From assembly GCA_964016885.1 (NCBI GenBank), contig CAXHJY010000964.1, positions 81,892 to 145,891 of the forward strand: 64,000 bases of DNA. Reading direction: 5' to 3'. The notes beneath the pieces are model-generated. The model worked only from the letters and a program-made list of their open reading frames with translations, ran no database searches and was not told the DNA's origin. Of this stretch, positions 1 through 16,675 are shown piece by piece. The translations under genes were made by a program, and so were the position numbers. Every line of letters starts with the position of its first letter. Position 1 is the stretch's first letter. This stretch comes from Eledone cirrhosa (taxonomy: Eukaryota).

Positions 1-165
1 CATGGCTCAGTGGTTAAAGCTTTGGGTTTAAAATCGTTAGGTTGTGAGTTCAGTTTCCGGACCTGGTGGTGTGTTGTGTCCTTCAGCAAGACACTTTATT
101 TCATGTTGCTCCAGTTCACTCAGCTGTAGAAATGAGTTGCGACGTCACTGGTGCCAAGCTGTATC
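1..165 (+). mobile_element. tRNA-derived SINE (5' end cut by window edge)
   Basis: Pol III A-box-like TGGCTCAGTGG and B-box-like GTGAGTTCAGTTTCC, followed by a SINE central-domain-like tract TTGTGTCCTTCAGCAAGACACTTTATTTCA...CTCCAGTTCACTCAGCTG. Confidence 0.7.
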
Positions 166-1600
166 ATCCTTAATAAGCTCCGTGTTATTCGTGAATCAGA
201 GATCTAGAGTATTCACATGTCTTCTTGGGTGGAGTATCATTTGTTCCATCAAGAGTCTGTCTGTAAGGTCCAACAAGGATTCTGTCTGCCTTTGTTTAGG
301 TGCAGTCATTCCTTAGAGGGGCTAGCCTTCGAGCCAATTGACCTTGGGGAACTTGAAATCTCCCAACAGTAGGATGTTGAGACTCTGATCCAAATTGATC
401 AGAACTTCTTCAATTCTTCTGAGACGATCTTCAAACTTGTCCCCATGTCTAGCGGCATCTGATATGTGACACATATTACCATTTTGAGTTGCTTCGCGTG
501 TACTATTAGGGCGTCACAGACCGAGTTGGAATGTCACAACAGTACTAATGATGTGACATCTTCACGGATGTACAAAGCAACTCCACCATGAGTTCTCCCC
601 CTTCTGTCAGTACGAAATACAACATACTTTGGTTATGTGTATTTCTGTTATGTTTGCTGTCAGATGAGTTTCAGTTAGTGCCTTACATATTGCTTGATTG
701 CTTGTAGGTAGGAGATCTTACACATGTCGGTTAGTTTCACCAGACCGCTGACATTTAGTAGTACCACTGGTGTGACATTTGGGGTGTCAGTGGTGGCTGC
801 TGATAAGGCATTTTCATAGGTATTAGTTGTTCTGCTTCCACCTACTGCCCTCTCTTCATCGGGTCAGTACGTGCAACCTCGGCATACTTCGTGGCCTGTG
901 TTATTTGCACATGTTGGTTTGGGCTTGGGTAGTTGGCATGAGCAGGTTGGGTCTGGAGTGCGCAAAACCGCACACTTTGTCCGAGCCTGCCCATGACAGA
1001 AGGTTCCTTTTTTTGTAGAATTTACAGAGTACTTGGGCAATCTTTTTCGCAGGGTCTCTGTTTATTCTTAGTTCTAGTTTTCTTCACCTTAACATTTATC
1101 CACTAGTCATTTCTTGTCTGTTTATTTACGTTTTTCTTCTTATTGGGGTCCGTCTGGTGGTTCTTTAGTTTACCTTCGCTGTATTCCAGTGTTTCATTTT
1201 CTTTTTCATCTTCTTCATTGATGTTGTCTACGGCGCAGGCCATTTCCCTCCTAGCGGCTTTCAGATCGTTCCGGTGTTCCGTGTGTTCTTTGCAGCCCGT
1301 ATTGAGTTTTCACGGGGGTGGGGGGGGGGTCTTCTTTCGTCTCCTCTGTGAAAAGAAGGTTCAGCTGATCCATGTATGGCCTAACAAGCGAGTGGGCACG
1401 AAAAATATTCATTCTTTTTCTCGCTGGATCTGTGCCAAAGTTCTCAGAAAGCCACAGCTCTGCAAGTTCTCCTTAATTAGTTTGTATGAAAGAGAGCCAT
1501 CAGCTGAACTCCATGCACTGTGCATTTAGTTTCCAGTTTCGGTGAGTTCCGATCCCATCTACTTGAATAATTGTATCTGCATTATCTTCCATATTTCAAT
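166..1600 (-). pseudogene. Degenerate CR1/L2-group LINE 5' part (ORF1 and AP-endonuclease), diverged relative of 52461-56750
   Basis: 541-630 (GTGACATCTTCACGGATGTACAAAGCAACTCCACCATGAGTTCTC) aligns by eye to 55230-55320. 1430-1510 encodes ADGS..CGFLRTLAQI, matching ORF1 at 56145-56351. Many stops and frameshifts. Confidence 0.8.
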
Positions 1601-1662
1601 TATTATAATCAATGGATTAAAAATAACACGAAATGCAATTACTATTTCAGAAAAAAAAAGGT

Positions 1663-4712
<3,050 letters not shown>

Positions 4713-4831
4713 ATAAATTGAAACAAAATGAAAACGAAATTTCATTTCTCACTCTTAGTATGGCACTTACTTAAATGTAAGTATGCATGTATACGTACAT
4801 ACATATATGTATACAGACGTACAGTAGTATG

Positions 4832-4875
<44 letters not shown>

Positions 4876-5316
4876 TATACATATGCATACAGGTACACAT
4901 ACATATATGCACGTATCAGTTTAGCGGCGCTAACGTCGCTTTGTTCGTTTGTAAACAAACTGAACAGCCTGAATTTATGCCATACGGTGTTAAGGCAACC
5001 ACGTCACCTTTTTGTTCAACACTGACACAGGAACGATGTACTAGTTTCAAGCTTGTTAGCTATCATCAGCACCGTTTACCCATCTGCCAGATAGTTGAAC
5101 GTTCGAAAGTATATACTTTCCTTATGAAAATTAACGGCTGAGCAGCCTAATTTGCATATTGAGTGAGTTAAATCGGTTAGGCATACCGAAAACGATAAAT
5201 TGAAACAAAATGAAAACGAAATTTCATTTCTCACTCTTAGTATGGCACTTACTTAAATGTAAGTATGCATGTATACGTACATACATATATGTATACAGAC
5301 GTACAGTAGCATGCAC

Positions 5317-5349
<33 letters not shown>

Positions 5350-5790
5350 TATACATATGCATACAGGTACACATACATATATGCACGTATCAGTTTAGCG
5401 GCGCTAACGTCGCTTTGTTCGTTTGTAAACAAACTGAACAGCCTGAATTTATGCCATACGGTGTTAAGGCAACCACGTCACCTTTTTGTTCAACACTGAC
5501 ACAGGAACGATGTACTAGTTTCAAGCTTGTTAGCTATCATCAGCACCGTTTACCCATCTGCCAGATAGTTGAACGTTCGAAAGTATATACTTTCCTTATG
5601 AAAATTAACGGCTGAGCAGCCTAATTTGCATATTGAGTGAGTTAAATCGGTTAGGCATACCGAAAACGATAAATTGAAACAAAATGAAAACGAAATTTCA
5701 TTTCTCACTCTTAGTATGGCACTTACTTAAATGTAAGTATGCATGTATACGTACATACATATATGTATACAGACGTACAGTAGCATGCAC

Positions 5791-5823
<33 letters not shown>

Positions 5824-6261
5824 TATACATATGCATACAGGTACACATACATATATGCACGTATCAGTTTAGCAGCGCTAACGTCGCTTTGTTCGTTTGT
5901 AAACAAACTGAACAGCCTGAATTTATGCCATACGGTGTTAAGGCAACCACGTCACCTTTTTGTTCAACACTGACACAGGAACGATGTACTAGTTTCAAGC
6001 TTGTTAGCTATCATCAGCACCGTTTACCCATCTGCCAGATAGTTGAACGTTCGAAAGTATATACTTTCCTTATGAAAATTAACGGCTGAGCAGCCTAATT
6101 TGCATATTGAGTGAGTTAAATCGGTTAGGCATACCGAAAACGATAAATTGAAACAAAATGAAAACGAAATTTCATTTCTCACTCTTAGTATGGCACTTAC
6201 TTAAATGTAAGTATGCATGTATACGTACATACATATATGTATACAGACGTACAGTAGCATG

Positions 6262-6301
<40 letters not shown>

Positions 6302-6742
6302 TATACATATGCATACAGGTACACATACATATATGCACGTATCAGTTTAGCGGCGCTAACGTCGCTTTGTTCGTTTGTAAACAAACTGAACAGCCTGAAT
6401 TTATGCCATACGGTGTTAAGGCAACCACGTCACCTTTTTGTTCAACACTGACACAGGAACGATGTACTAGTTTCAAGCTTGTTAGCTATCATCAGCACCG
6501 TTTACCCATCTGCCAGATAGTTGAACGTTCGAAAGTATATACTTTCCTTATGAAAATTAACGGCTGAGCAGCCTAATTTGCATATTGAGTGAGTTAAATC
6601 GGTTAGGCATACCGAAAACGATAAATTGAAACAAAATGAAAACGAAATTTCATTTCTCACTCTTAGTATGGCACTTACTTAAATGTAAGTATGCATGTAT
6701 ACGTACATACATATATGTATACAGACGTACAGTAGCATGCAC

Positions 6743-6775
<33 letters not shown>

Positions 6776-7213
6776 TATACATATGCATACAGGTACACAT
6801 ACATATATGCACGTATCAGTTTAGCGGCGCTAACGTCGCTTTGTTCGTTTGTAAACAAACTGAACAGCCTGAATTTATGCCATACGGTGTTAAGGCAACC
6901 ACGTCACCTTTTTGTTCAACACTGACACAGGAACGATGTACTAGTTTCAAGCTTGTTAGCTATCATCAGCACCGTTTACCCATCTGCCAGATAGTTGAAC
7001 GTTCGAAAGTATATACTTTCCTTATGAAAATTAACGGCTGAGCAGCCTAATTTGCATATTGAGTGAGTTAAATCGGTTAGGCATACCGAAAACGATAAAT
7101 TGAAACAAAATGAAAACGAAATTTCATTTCTCACTCTTAGTATGGCACTTACTTAAATGTAAGTATGCATGTATACGTACATACATATATGTATACAGAC
7201 GTACAGTAGCATG

Positions 7214-7257
<44 letters not shown>

Positions 7258-7695
7258 TATACATATGCATACAGGTACACATACATATATGCACGTATCA
7301 GTTTAGCGGCGCTAACGTCGCTTTGTTCGTTTGTAAACAAACTGAACAGCCTGAATTTATGCCATACGGTGTTAAGGCAACCACGTCACCTTTTTGTTCA
7401 ACACTGACACAGGAACGATGTACTAGTTTCAAGCTTGTTAGCTATCATCAGCACCGTTTACCCATCTGCCAGATAGTTGAACGTTCGAAAGTATATACTT
7501 TCCTTATGAAAATTAACGGCTGAGCAGCCTAATTTGCATATTGAGTGAGTTAAATCGGTTAGGCATACCGAAAACGATAAATTGAAACAAAATGAAAACG
7601 AAATTTCATTTCTCACTCTTAGTATGGCACTTACTTAAATGTAAGTATGCATGTATACGTACATACATATATGTATACAGACGTACAGTAGCATG

Positions 7696-7735
<40 letters not shown>

Positions 7736-8176
7736 TATACATATGCATACAGGTACACATACATATATGCACGTATCAGTTTAGCGGCGCTAACGTCGCT
7801 TTGTTCGTTTGTAAACAAACTGAACAGCCTGAATTTATGCCATACGGTGTTAAGGCAACCACGTCACCTTTTTGTTCAACACTGACACAGGAACGATGTA
7901 CTAGTTTCAAGCTTGTTAGCTATCATCAGCACCGTTTACCCATCTGCCAGATAGTTGAACGTTCGAAAGTATATACTTTCCTTATGAAAATTAACGGCTG
8001 AGCAGCCTAATTTGCATATTGAGTGAGTTAAATCGGTTAGGCATACCGAAAACGATAAATTGAAACAAAATGAAAACGAAATTTCATTTCTCACTCTTAG
8101 TATGGCACTTACTTAAATGTAAGTATGCATGTATACGTACATACATATATGTATACAGACGTACAGTAGCATGCAC

Positions 8177-8209
<33 letters not shown>

Positions 8210-8650
8210 TATACATATGCATACAGGTACACATACATATATGCACGTATCAGTTTAGCGGCGCTAACGTCGCTTTGTTCGTTTGTAAACAAACTGAACA
8301 GCCTGAATTTATGCCATACGGTGTTAAGGCAACCACGTCACCTTTTTGTTCAACACTGACACAGGAACGATGTACTAGTTTCAAGCTTGTTAGCTATCAT
8401 CAGCACCGTTTACCCATCTGCCAGATAGTTGAACGTTCGAAAGTATATACTTTCCTTATGAAAATTAACGGCTGAGCAGCCTAATTTGCATATTGAGTGA
8501 GTTAAATCGGTTAGGCATACCGAAAACGATAAATTGAAACAAAATGAAAACGAAATTTCATTTCTCACTCTTAGTATGGCACTTACTTAAATGTAAGTAT
8601 GCATGTATACGTACATACATATATGTATACAGACGTACAGTAGCATGCAC

Positions 8651-8683
<33 letters not shown>

Positions 8684-9124
8684 TATACATATGCATACAG
8701 GTACACATACATATATGCACGTATCAGTTTAGCGGCGCTAACGTCGCTTTGTTCGTTTGTAAACAAACTGAACAGCCTGAATGTATGCCATACGGTGTTA
8801 AGGCAACCACGTCACCTTTTTGTTCAACACTGACACAGGAACGATGTACTAGTTTCAAGCTTGTTAGCTATCATCAGCACCGTTTACCCATCTGCCAGAT
8901 AGTTGAACGTTCGAAAGTATATACTTTCCTTATGAAAATTAACGGCTGAGCAGCCTAATTTGCAAATTGAGTGAGTTAAATCGGTTAGGCATACCGAAAA
9001 CGATAAATTGAAACAAAATGAAAACGAAATTTCATTTCTCACTCTTAGTATGGCACTTACTTAAATGTAAGTATGCATGTATACGTACATACATATATGT
9101 ATACAGACGTACAGTAGCATGCAC

Positions 9125-9157
<33 letters not shown>

Positions 9158-9598
9158 TATACATATGCATACAGGTACACATACATATATGCACGTATCA
9201 GTTTAGCGGCGCTAACGTCGCTTTGTTCGTTTGTAAACAAACTGAACAGCCTGAATTTATGCCATACGGTGTTAAGGCAACCACGTCACCTTTTTGTTCA
9301 ACACTGACACAGGAACGATGTACTAGTTTCAAGCTTGTTAGCTATCATCAGCACCGTTTACCCATCTGCCAGATAGTTGAACGTTCGAAAGTATATACTT
9401 TCCTTATGAAAATTAACGGCTGAGCAGCCTAATTTGCATATTGAGTGAGTTAAATCGGTTAGGCATACCGAAAACGATAAATTGAAACAAAATGAAAACG
9501 AAATTTCATTTCTCACTCTTAGTATGGCACTTACTTAAATGTAAGTATGCATGTATACGTACATACATATATGTATACAGACGTACAGTAGCATGCAC

Positions 9599-9631
<33 letters not shown>

Positions 9632-10072
9632 TATACATATGCATACAGGTACACATACATATATGCACGTATCAGTTTAGCGGCGCTAACGTCGCTTTGT
9701 TCGTTTGTAAACAAACTGAACAGCCTGAATTTATGCCATACGGTGTTAAGGCAACCACGTCACCTTTTTGTTCAACACTGACACAGGAACGATGTACTAG
9801 TTTCAAGCTTGTTAGCTATCATCAGCACCGTTTACCCATCTGCCAGATAGTTGAACGTTCGAAAGTATATACTTTCCTTATGAAAATTAACGGCTGAGCA
9901 GCCTAATTTGCATATTGAGTGAGTTAAATCGGTTAGGCATACCGAAAACGATAAATTGAAACAAAATGAAAACGAAATTTCATTTCTCACTCTTAGTATG
10001 GCACTTACTTAAATGTAAGTATGCATGTATACGTACATACATATATGTATACAGACGTACAGTAGCATGCAC

Positions 10073-10105
<33 letters not shown>

Positions 10106-10546
10106 TATACATATGCATACAGGTACACATACATATATGCACGTATCAGTTTAGCGGCGCTAACGTCGCTTTGTTCGTTTGTAAACAAACTGAACAGCCT
10201 GAATTTATGCCATACGGTGTTAAGGCAACCACGTCACCTTTTTGTTCAACACTGACACAGGAACGATGTACTAGTTTCAAGCTTGTTAGCTATCATCAGC
10301 ACCGTTTACCCATCTGCCAGATAGTTGAACGTTCGAAAGTATATACTTTCCTTATGAAAATTAACGGCTGAGCAGCCTAATTTGCATATTGAGTGAGTTA
10401 AATCGGTTAGGCATACCGAAAACGATAAATTGAAACAAAATGAAAACGAAATTTCATTTCTCACTCTTAGTATGGCACTTACTTAAATGTAAGTATGCAT
10501 GTATACGTACATACATATATGTATACAGACGTACAGTAGCATGCAC

Positions 10547-10579
<33 letters not shown>

Positions 10580-11020
10580 TATACATATGCATACAGGTAC
10601 ACATACATATATGCACGTATCAGTTTAGCGGCGCTAACGTCGCTTTGTTCGTTTGTAAACAAACTGAACAGCCTGAATTTATGCCATACGGTGTTAAGGC
10701 AACCACGTCACCTTTTTGTTCAACACTGACACAGGAACGATGTACTAGTTTCAAGCTTGTTAGCTATCATCAGCACCGTTTACCCATCTGCCAGATAGTT
10801 GAACGTTCGAAAGTATATACTTTCCTTATGAAAATTAACGGCTGAGCAGCCTAATTTGCATATTGAGTGAGTTAAATCGGTTAGGCATACCGAAAACGAT
10901 AAATTGAAACAAAATGAAAACGAAATTTCATTTCTCACTCTTAGTATGGCACTTACTTAAATGTAAGTATGCATGTATACGTACATACATATATGTATAC
11001 AGACGTACAGTAGCATGCAC

Positions 11021-11053
<33 letters not shown>

Positions 11054-11494
11054 TATACATATGCATACAGGTACACATACATATATGCACGTATCAGTTT
11101 AGCGGCGCTAACGTCGCTTTGTTCGTTTGTAAACAAACTGAACAGCCTGAATTTATGCCATACGGTGTTAAGGCAACCACGTCACCTTTTTGTTCAACAC
11201 TGACACAGGAACGATGTACTAGTTTCAAGCTTGTTAGCTATCATCAGCACCGTTTACCCATCTGCCAGATAGTTGAACGTTCGAAAGTATATACTTTCCT
11301 TATGAAAATTAACGGCTGAGCAGCCTAATTTGCATATTGAGTGAGTTAAATCGGTTAGGCATACCGAAAACGATAAATTGAAACAAAATGAAAACGAAAT
11401 TTCATTTCTCACTCTTAGTATGGCACTTACTTAAATGTAAGTATGCATGTATACGTACATACATATATGTATACAGACGTACAGTAGCATGCAC

Positions 11495-11527
<33 letters not shown>

Positions 11528-11968
11528 TATACATATGCATACAGGTACACATACATATATGCACGTATCAGTTTAGCGGCGCTAACGTCGCTTTGTTCGT
11601 TTGTAAACAAACTGAACAGCCTGAATTTATGCCATACGGTGTTAAGGCAACCACGTCACCTTTTTGTTCAACACTGACACAGGAACGATGTACTAGTTTC
11701 AAGCTTGTTAGCTATCATCAGCACCGTTTACCCATCTGCCAGATAGTTGAACGTTCGAAAGTATATACTTTCCTTATGAAAATTAACGGCTGAGCAGCCT
11801 AATTTGCATATTGAGTGAGTTAAATCGGTTAGGCATACCGAAAACGATAAATTGAAACAAAATGAAAACGAAATTTCATTTCTCACTCTTAGTATGGCAC
11901 TTACTTAAATGTAAGTATGCATGTATACGTACATACATATATGTATACAGACGTACAGTAGCATGCAC

Positions 11969-12001
<33 letters not shown>

Positions 12002-12442
12002 TATACATATGCATACAGGTACACATACATATATGCACGTATCAGTTTAGCGGCGCTAACGTCGCTTTGTTCGTTTGTAAACAAACTGAACAGCCTGAAT
12101 TTATGCCATACGGTGTTAAGGCAACCACGTCACCTTTTTGTTCAACACTGACACAGGAACGATGTACTAGTTTCAAGCTTGTTAGCTATCATCAGCACCG
12201 TTTACCCATCTGCCAGATAGTTGAACGTTCGAAAGTATATACTTTCCTTATGAAAATTAACGGCTGAGCAGCCTAATTTGCATATTGAGTGAGTTAAATC
12301 GGTTAGGCATACCGAAAACGATAAATTGAAACAAAATGAAAACGAAATTTCATTTCTCACTCTTAGTATGGCACTTACTTAAATGTAAGTATGCATGTAT
12401 ACGTACATACATATATGTATACAGACGTACAGTAGCATGCAC

Positions 12443-12475
<33 letters not shown>

Positions 12476-12916
12476 TATACATATGCATACAGGTACACAT
12501 ACATATATGCACGTATCAGTTTAGCGGCGCTAACGTCGCTTTGTTCGTTTGTAAACAAACTGAACAGCCTGAATTTATGCCATACGGTGTTAAGGCAACC
12601 ACGTCACCTTTTTGTTCAACACTGACACAGGAACGATGTACTAGTTTCAAGCTTGTTAGCTATCATCAGCACCGTTTACCCATCTGCCAGATAGTTGAAC
12701 GTTCGAAAGTATATACTTTCCTTATGAAAATTAACGGCTGAGCAGCCTAATTTGCATATTGAGTGAGTTAAATCGGTTAGGCATACCGAAAACGATAAAT
12801 TGAAACAAAATGAAAACGAAATTTCATTTCTCACTCTTAGTATGGCACTTACTTAAATGTAAGTATGCATGTATACGTACATACATATATGTATACAGAC
12901 GTACAGTAGCATGCAC

Positions 12917-12949
<33 letters not shown>

Positions 12950-13390
12950 TATACATATGCATACAGGTACACATACATATATGCACGTATCAGTTTAGCG
13001 GCGCTAACGTCGCTTTGTTCGTTTGTAAACAAACTGAACAGCCTGAATTTATGCCATACGGTGTTAAGGCAACCACGTCACCTTTTTGTTCAACACTGAC
13101 ACAGGAACGATGTACTAGTTTCAAGCTTGTTAGCTATCATCAGCACCGTTTACCCATCTGCCAGATAGTTGAACGTTCGAAAGTATATACTTTCCTTATG
13201 AAAATTAACGGCTGAGCAGCCTAATTTGCATATTGAGTGAGTTAAATCGGTTAGGCATACCGAAAACGATAAATTGAAACAAAATGAAAACGAAATTTCA
13301 TTTCTCACTCTTAGTATGGCACTTACTTAAATGTAAGTATGCATGTATACGTACATACATATATGTATACAGACGTACAGTAGCATGCAC

Positions 13391-13423
<33 letters not shown>

Positions 13424-13704
13424 TATACATATGCATACAGGTACACATACATATATGCACGTATCAGTTTAGCGGCGCTAACGTCGCTTTGTTCGTTTGT
13501 AAACAAACTGAACAGCCTGAATTTATGCCATACGGTGTTAAGGCAACCACGTCACCTTTTTGTTCAACACTGACACAGGAACGATGTACTAGTTTCAAGC
13601 TTGTTAGCTATCATCAGCACCGTTTACCCATCTGCCAGATAGTTGAACGTTCGAAAGTATATACTTTCCTTATGAAAATTAACGGCTGAGCAGCCTAATT
13701 TGCA
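4713..13704 (-). mobile_element. Retrozyme family A: tandem array of 19 near-identical ~474-bp monomers, one hammerhead ribozyme per monomer
   Basis: Period 474 (478 and 482 variants differ only in the internal TA run). Minus strand of each unit reads AACGGUG-CUGAUGA-UAGCUAACAAGCUU-GAAA-CUAG-UA-CAUCGUU. Many local hairpins. Left end joins (TA)n. Confidence 0.88.
5032..5076 (-). ncRNA. Minimal type I hammerhead ribozyme (first of 19 copies in the array)
   Basis: Stem I AACGGUG/CAUCGUU (7 bp). Core CUGAUGA...GAAA. Stem II AGCU-AACA-AGCU with a U.U closing pair. Palindromic stem III ACUAGU. Cleavage triplet GUA. Confidence 0.88.
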
Positions 13705-13708
13705 GTGT

Positions 13709-13862
13709 TGTGTCAGTGTTGAACAAAAAGGTGACGTGGTTGCCTTAACACCGTATGGCATAAATTCAGGCTGTTCAGTTTGTTTACAAACGAACAAAGC
13801 GACGTTAGCGCCGCTAAACTGATACGTGCATATATGTATGTGTACCTGTATGCATATGTATA

Positions 13863-13893
<31 letters not shown>

Positions 13894-14336
13894 GTGTGCA
13901 TGCTACTGTACGTCTGTATACATATATGTATGTACGTATACATGCATACTTACATTTAAGTAAGTGCCATACTAAGAGTGAGAAATGAAATTTCGTTTTC
14001 ATTTTGTTTCAATTTATCGTTTTCGGTATGCCTAACCGATTTAACTCACTCAATATGCAAATTAGGCTGCTCAGCCGTTAATTTTCATAAGGAAAGTATA
14101 TACTTTCGAACGTTCAACTATCTGGCAGATGGGTAAACGGTGCTGATGATAGCTAACAAGCTTGAAACTAGTACATCGTTCCTGTGTCAGTGTTGAACAA
14201 AAAGGTGACGTGGTTGCCTTAACACCGTATGGCATAAATTCAGGCTGTTCAGTTTGTTTACAAACGAACAAAGCGACGTTAGCGCCGCTAAACTGATACG
14301 TGCATATATGTATGTGTACCTGTATGCATATGTATA

Positions 14337-14369
<33 letters not shown>

Positions 14370-14427
14370 GTGCATGCTACTGTACGTCTGTATACATATA
14401 TGTATGTACGTATACATGCATACTTAC
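13709..14427 (+). mobile_element. Inverted arm of the retrozyme A array (~1.5 monomers)
   Basis: Reverse complement of the 474-bp unit, joined head-to-head at ~13704-13709 and running into (TA)n at 14428. Confidence 0.92.
14136..14180 (+). ncRNA. Minimal type I hammerhead ribozyme (inverted arm)
   Basis: AACGGTG CTGATGA TAGCTAACAAGCTT GAAA CTAGTA CATCGTT reads directly on the + strand. Confidence 0.88.
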
Positions 14428-15589
<1,162 letters not shown>

Positions 15590-15830
15590 AGATAAATCTA
15601 CCAAGAGTTTACGGTAGTGTCCAATCCGTATGAAGAACTCAATGTATTCCGGATATCATGGAAAGAAGAGATGTAATGAAAATCCACTTTCGGTGAAAGA
15701 TAAACGGTATACAGAGTCAAGATAAAATATTAAACAAATAATGAACAAACAATTCCTTATATTAAACAAAAAAAGTTCACTATTTAACGATCGTTAAGGA
15801 ATTGTTTGTTCATTATTTGTTTAATATTTT
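15590..15830. mobile_element. Short orphan insertion with a 36-bp inverted arm (probable truncated, doubly primed retro-insertion)
   Basis: 15724-15759 is the perfect reverse complement of 15795-15830. (TA)n lies on both sides. Confidence 0.5.
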
Positions 15831-15833
15831 ATG

Positions 15834-15912
<79 letters not shown>

Positions 15913-16024
15913 GTATATATATATATGTATATATATGTATATATATATATATGTATGTATATATATATATATGTATGTATATATGTATGTATATATATAT
16001 ATATGTATGTATATATGTATGTAT

Positions 16025-16056
<32 letters not shown>

Positions 16057-16105
16057 GTATATATATATGTATGTATATATATATGTATGTATATATATAT
16101 GTATG

Positions 16106-16195
<90 letters not shown>

Positions 16196-16287
16196 TGTAT
16201 GTATATATATATGTATGTATATATATATGTATGTATATATATATATATGTATGTATGTATATATATGTATGTATGTATATATATATG

Positions 16288-16319
<32 letters not shown>

Positions 16320-16371
16320 TATATATGTATGTATATATGTATATATATGTATGTATATATGTATATATATG

Positions 16372-16403
<32 letters not shown>

Positions 16404-16455
16404 TATATATGTATGTATATATATATATATGTATGTATATATATATATATGTATG

Positions 16456-16486
<31 letters not shown>

Positions 16487-16499
16487 ATATATGTGTATG

Positions 16500-16532
<33 letters not shown>

Positions 16533-16632
16533 ATATATGTGTATGTATGTATATATATATATATGTATGTTATTATATATATGTGTATGTAGGTATGTAT
16601 ATATATATATGTATGTATATATGTATGTATAT
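15831..16632. repeat. (TA)n/(TATG)n microsatellite
   Basis: Seen directly. Confidence 0.97.
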
Positions 16633-16675
16633 ATATTGTTATACTTTGGGAGGGTAATGTTGCCAATAAGAAATA

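Noticed and set aside
5130-5195. Plus-strand CTGAGCA-GCCTAA...TTAGGC-ATACC-GAAA as a second, opposite-polarity ribozyme; also an octamer ATTTGCAT
   Set aside because: The core deviates from CUGANGA and GAAA is displaced from the stem. A single 8-mer is too weak to call a regulatory site.
4728-13689. Repeated small ORFs (MKTKFHF..., MFVCKQTEQ...) in the 474-bp unit
   Set aside because: Frames change with TA-run length between copies, there is no recognisable domain, and they are antisense to the ribozyme.
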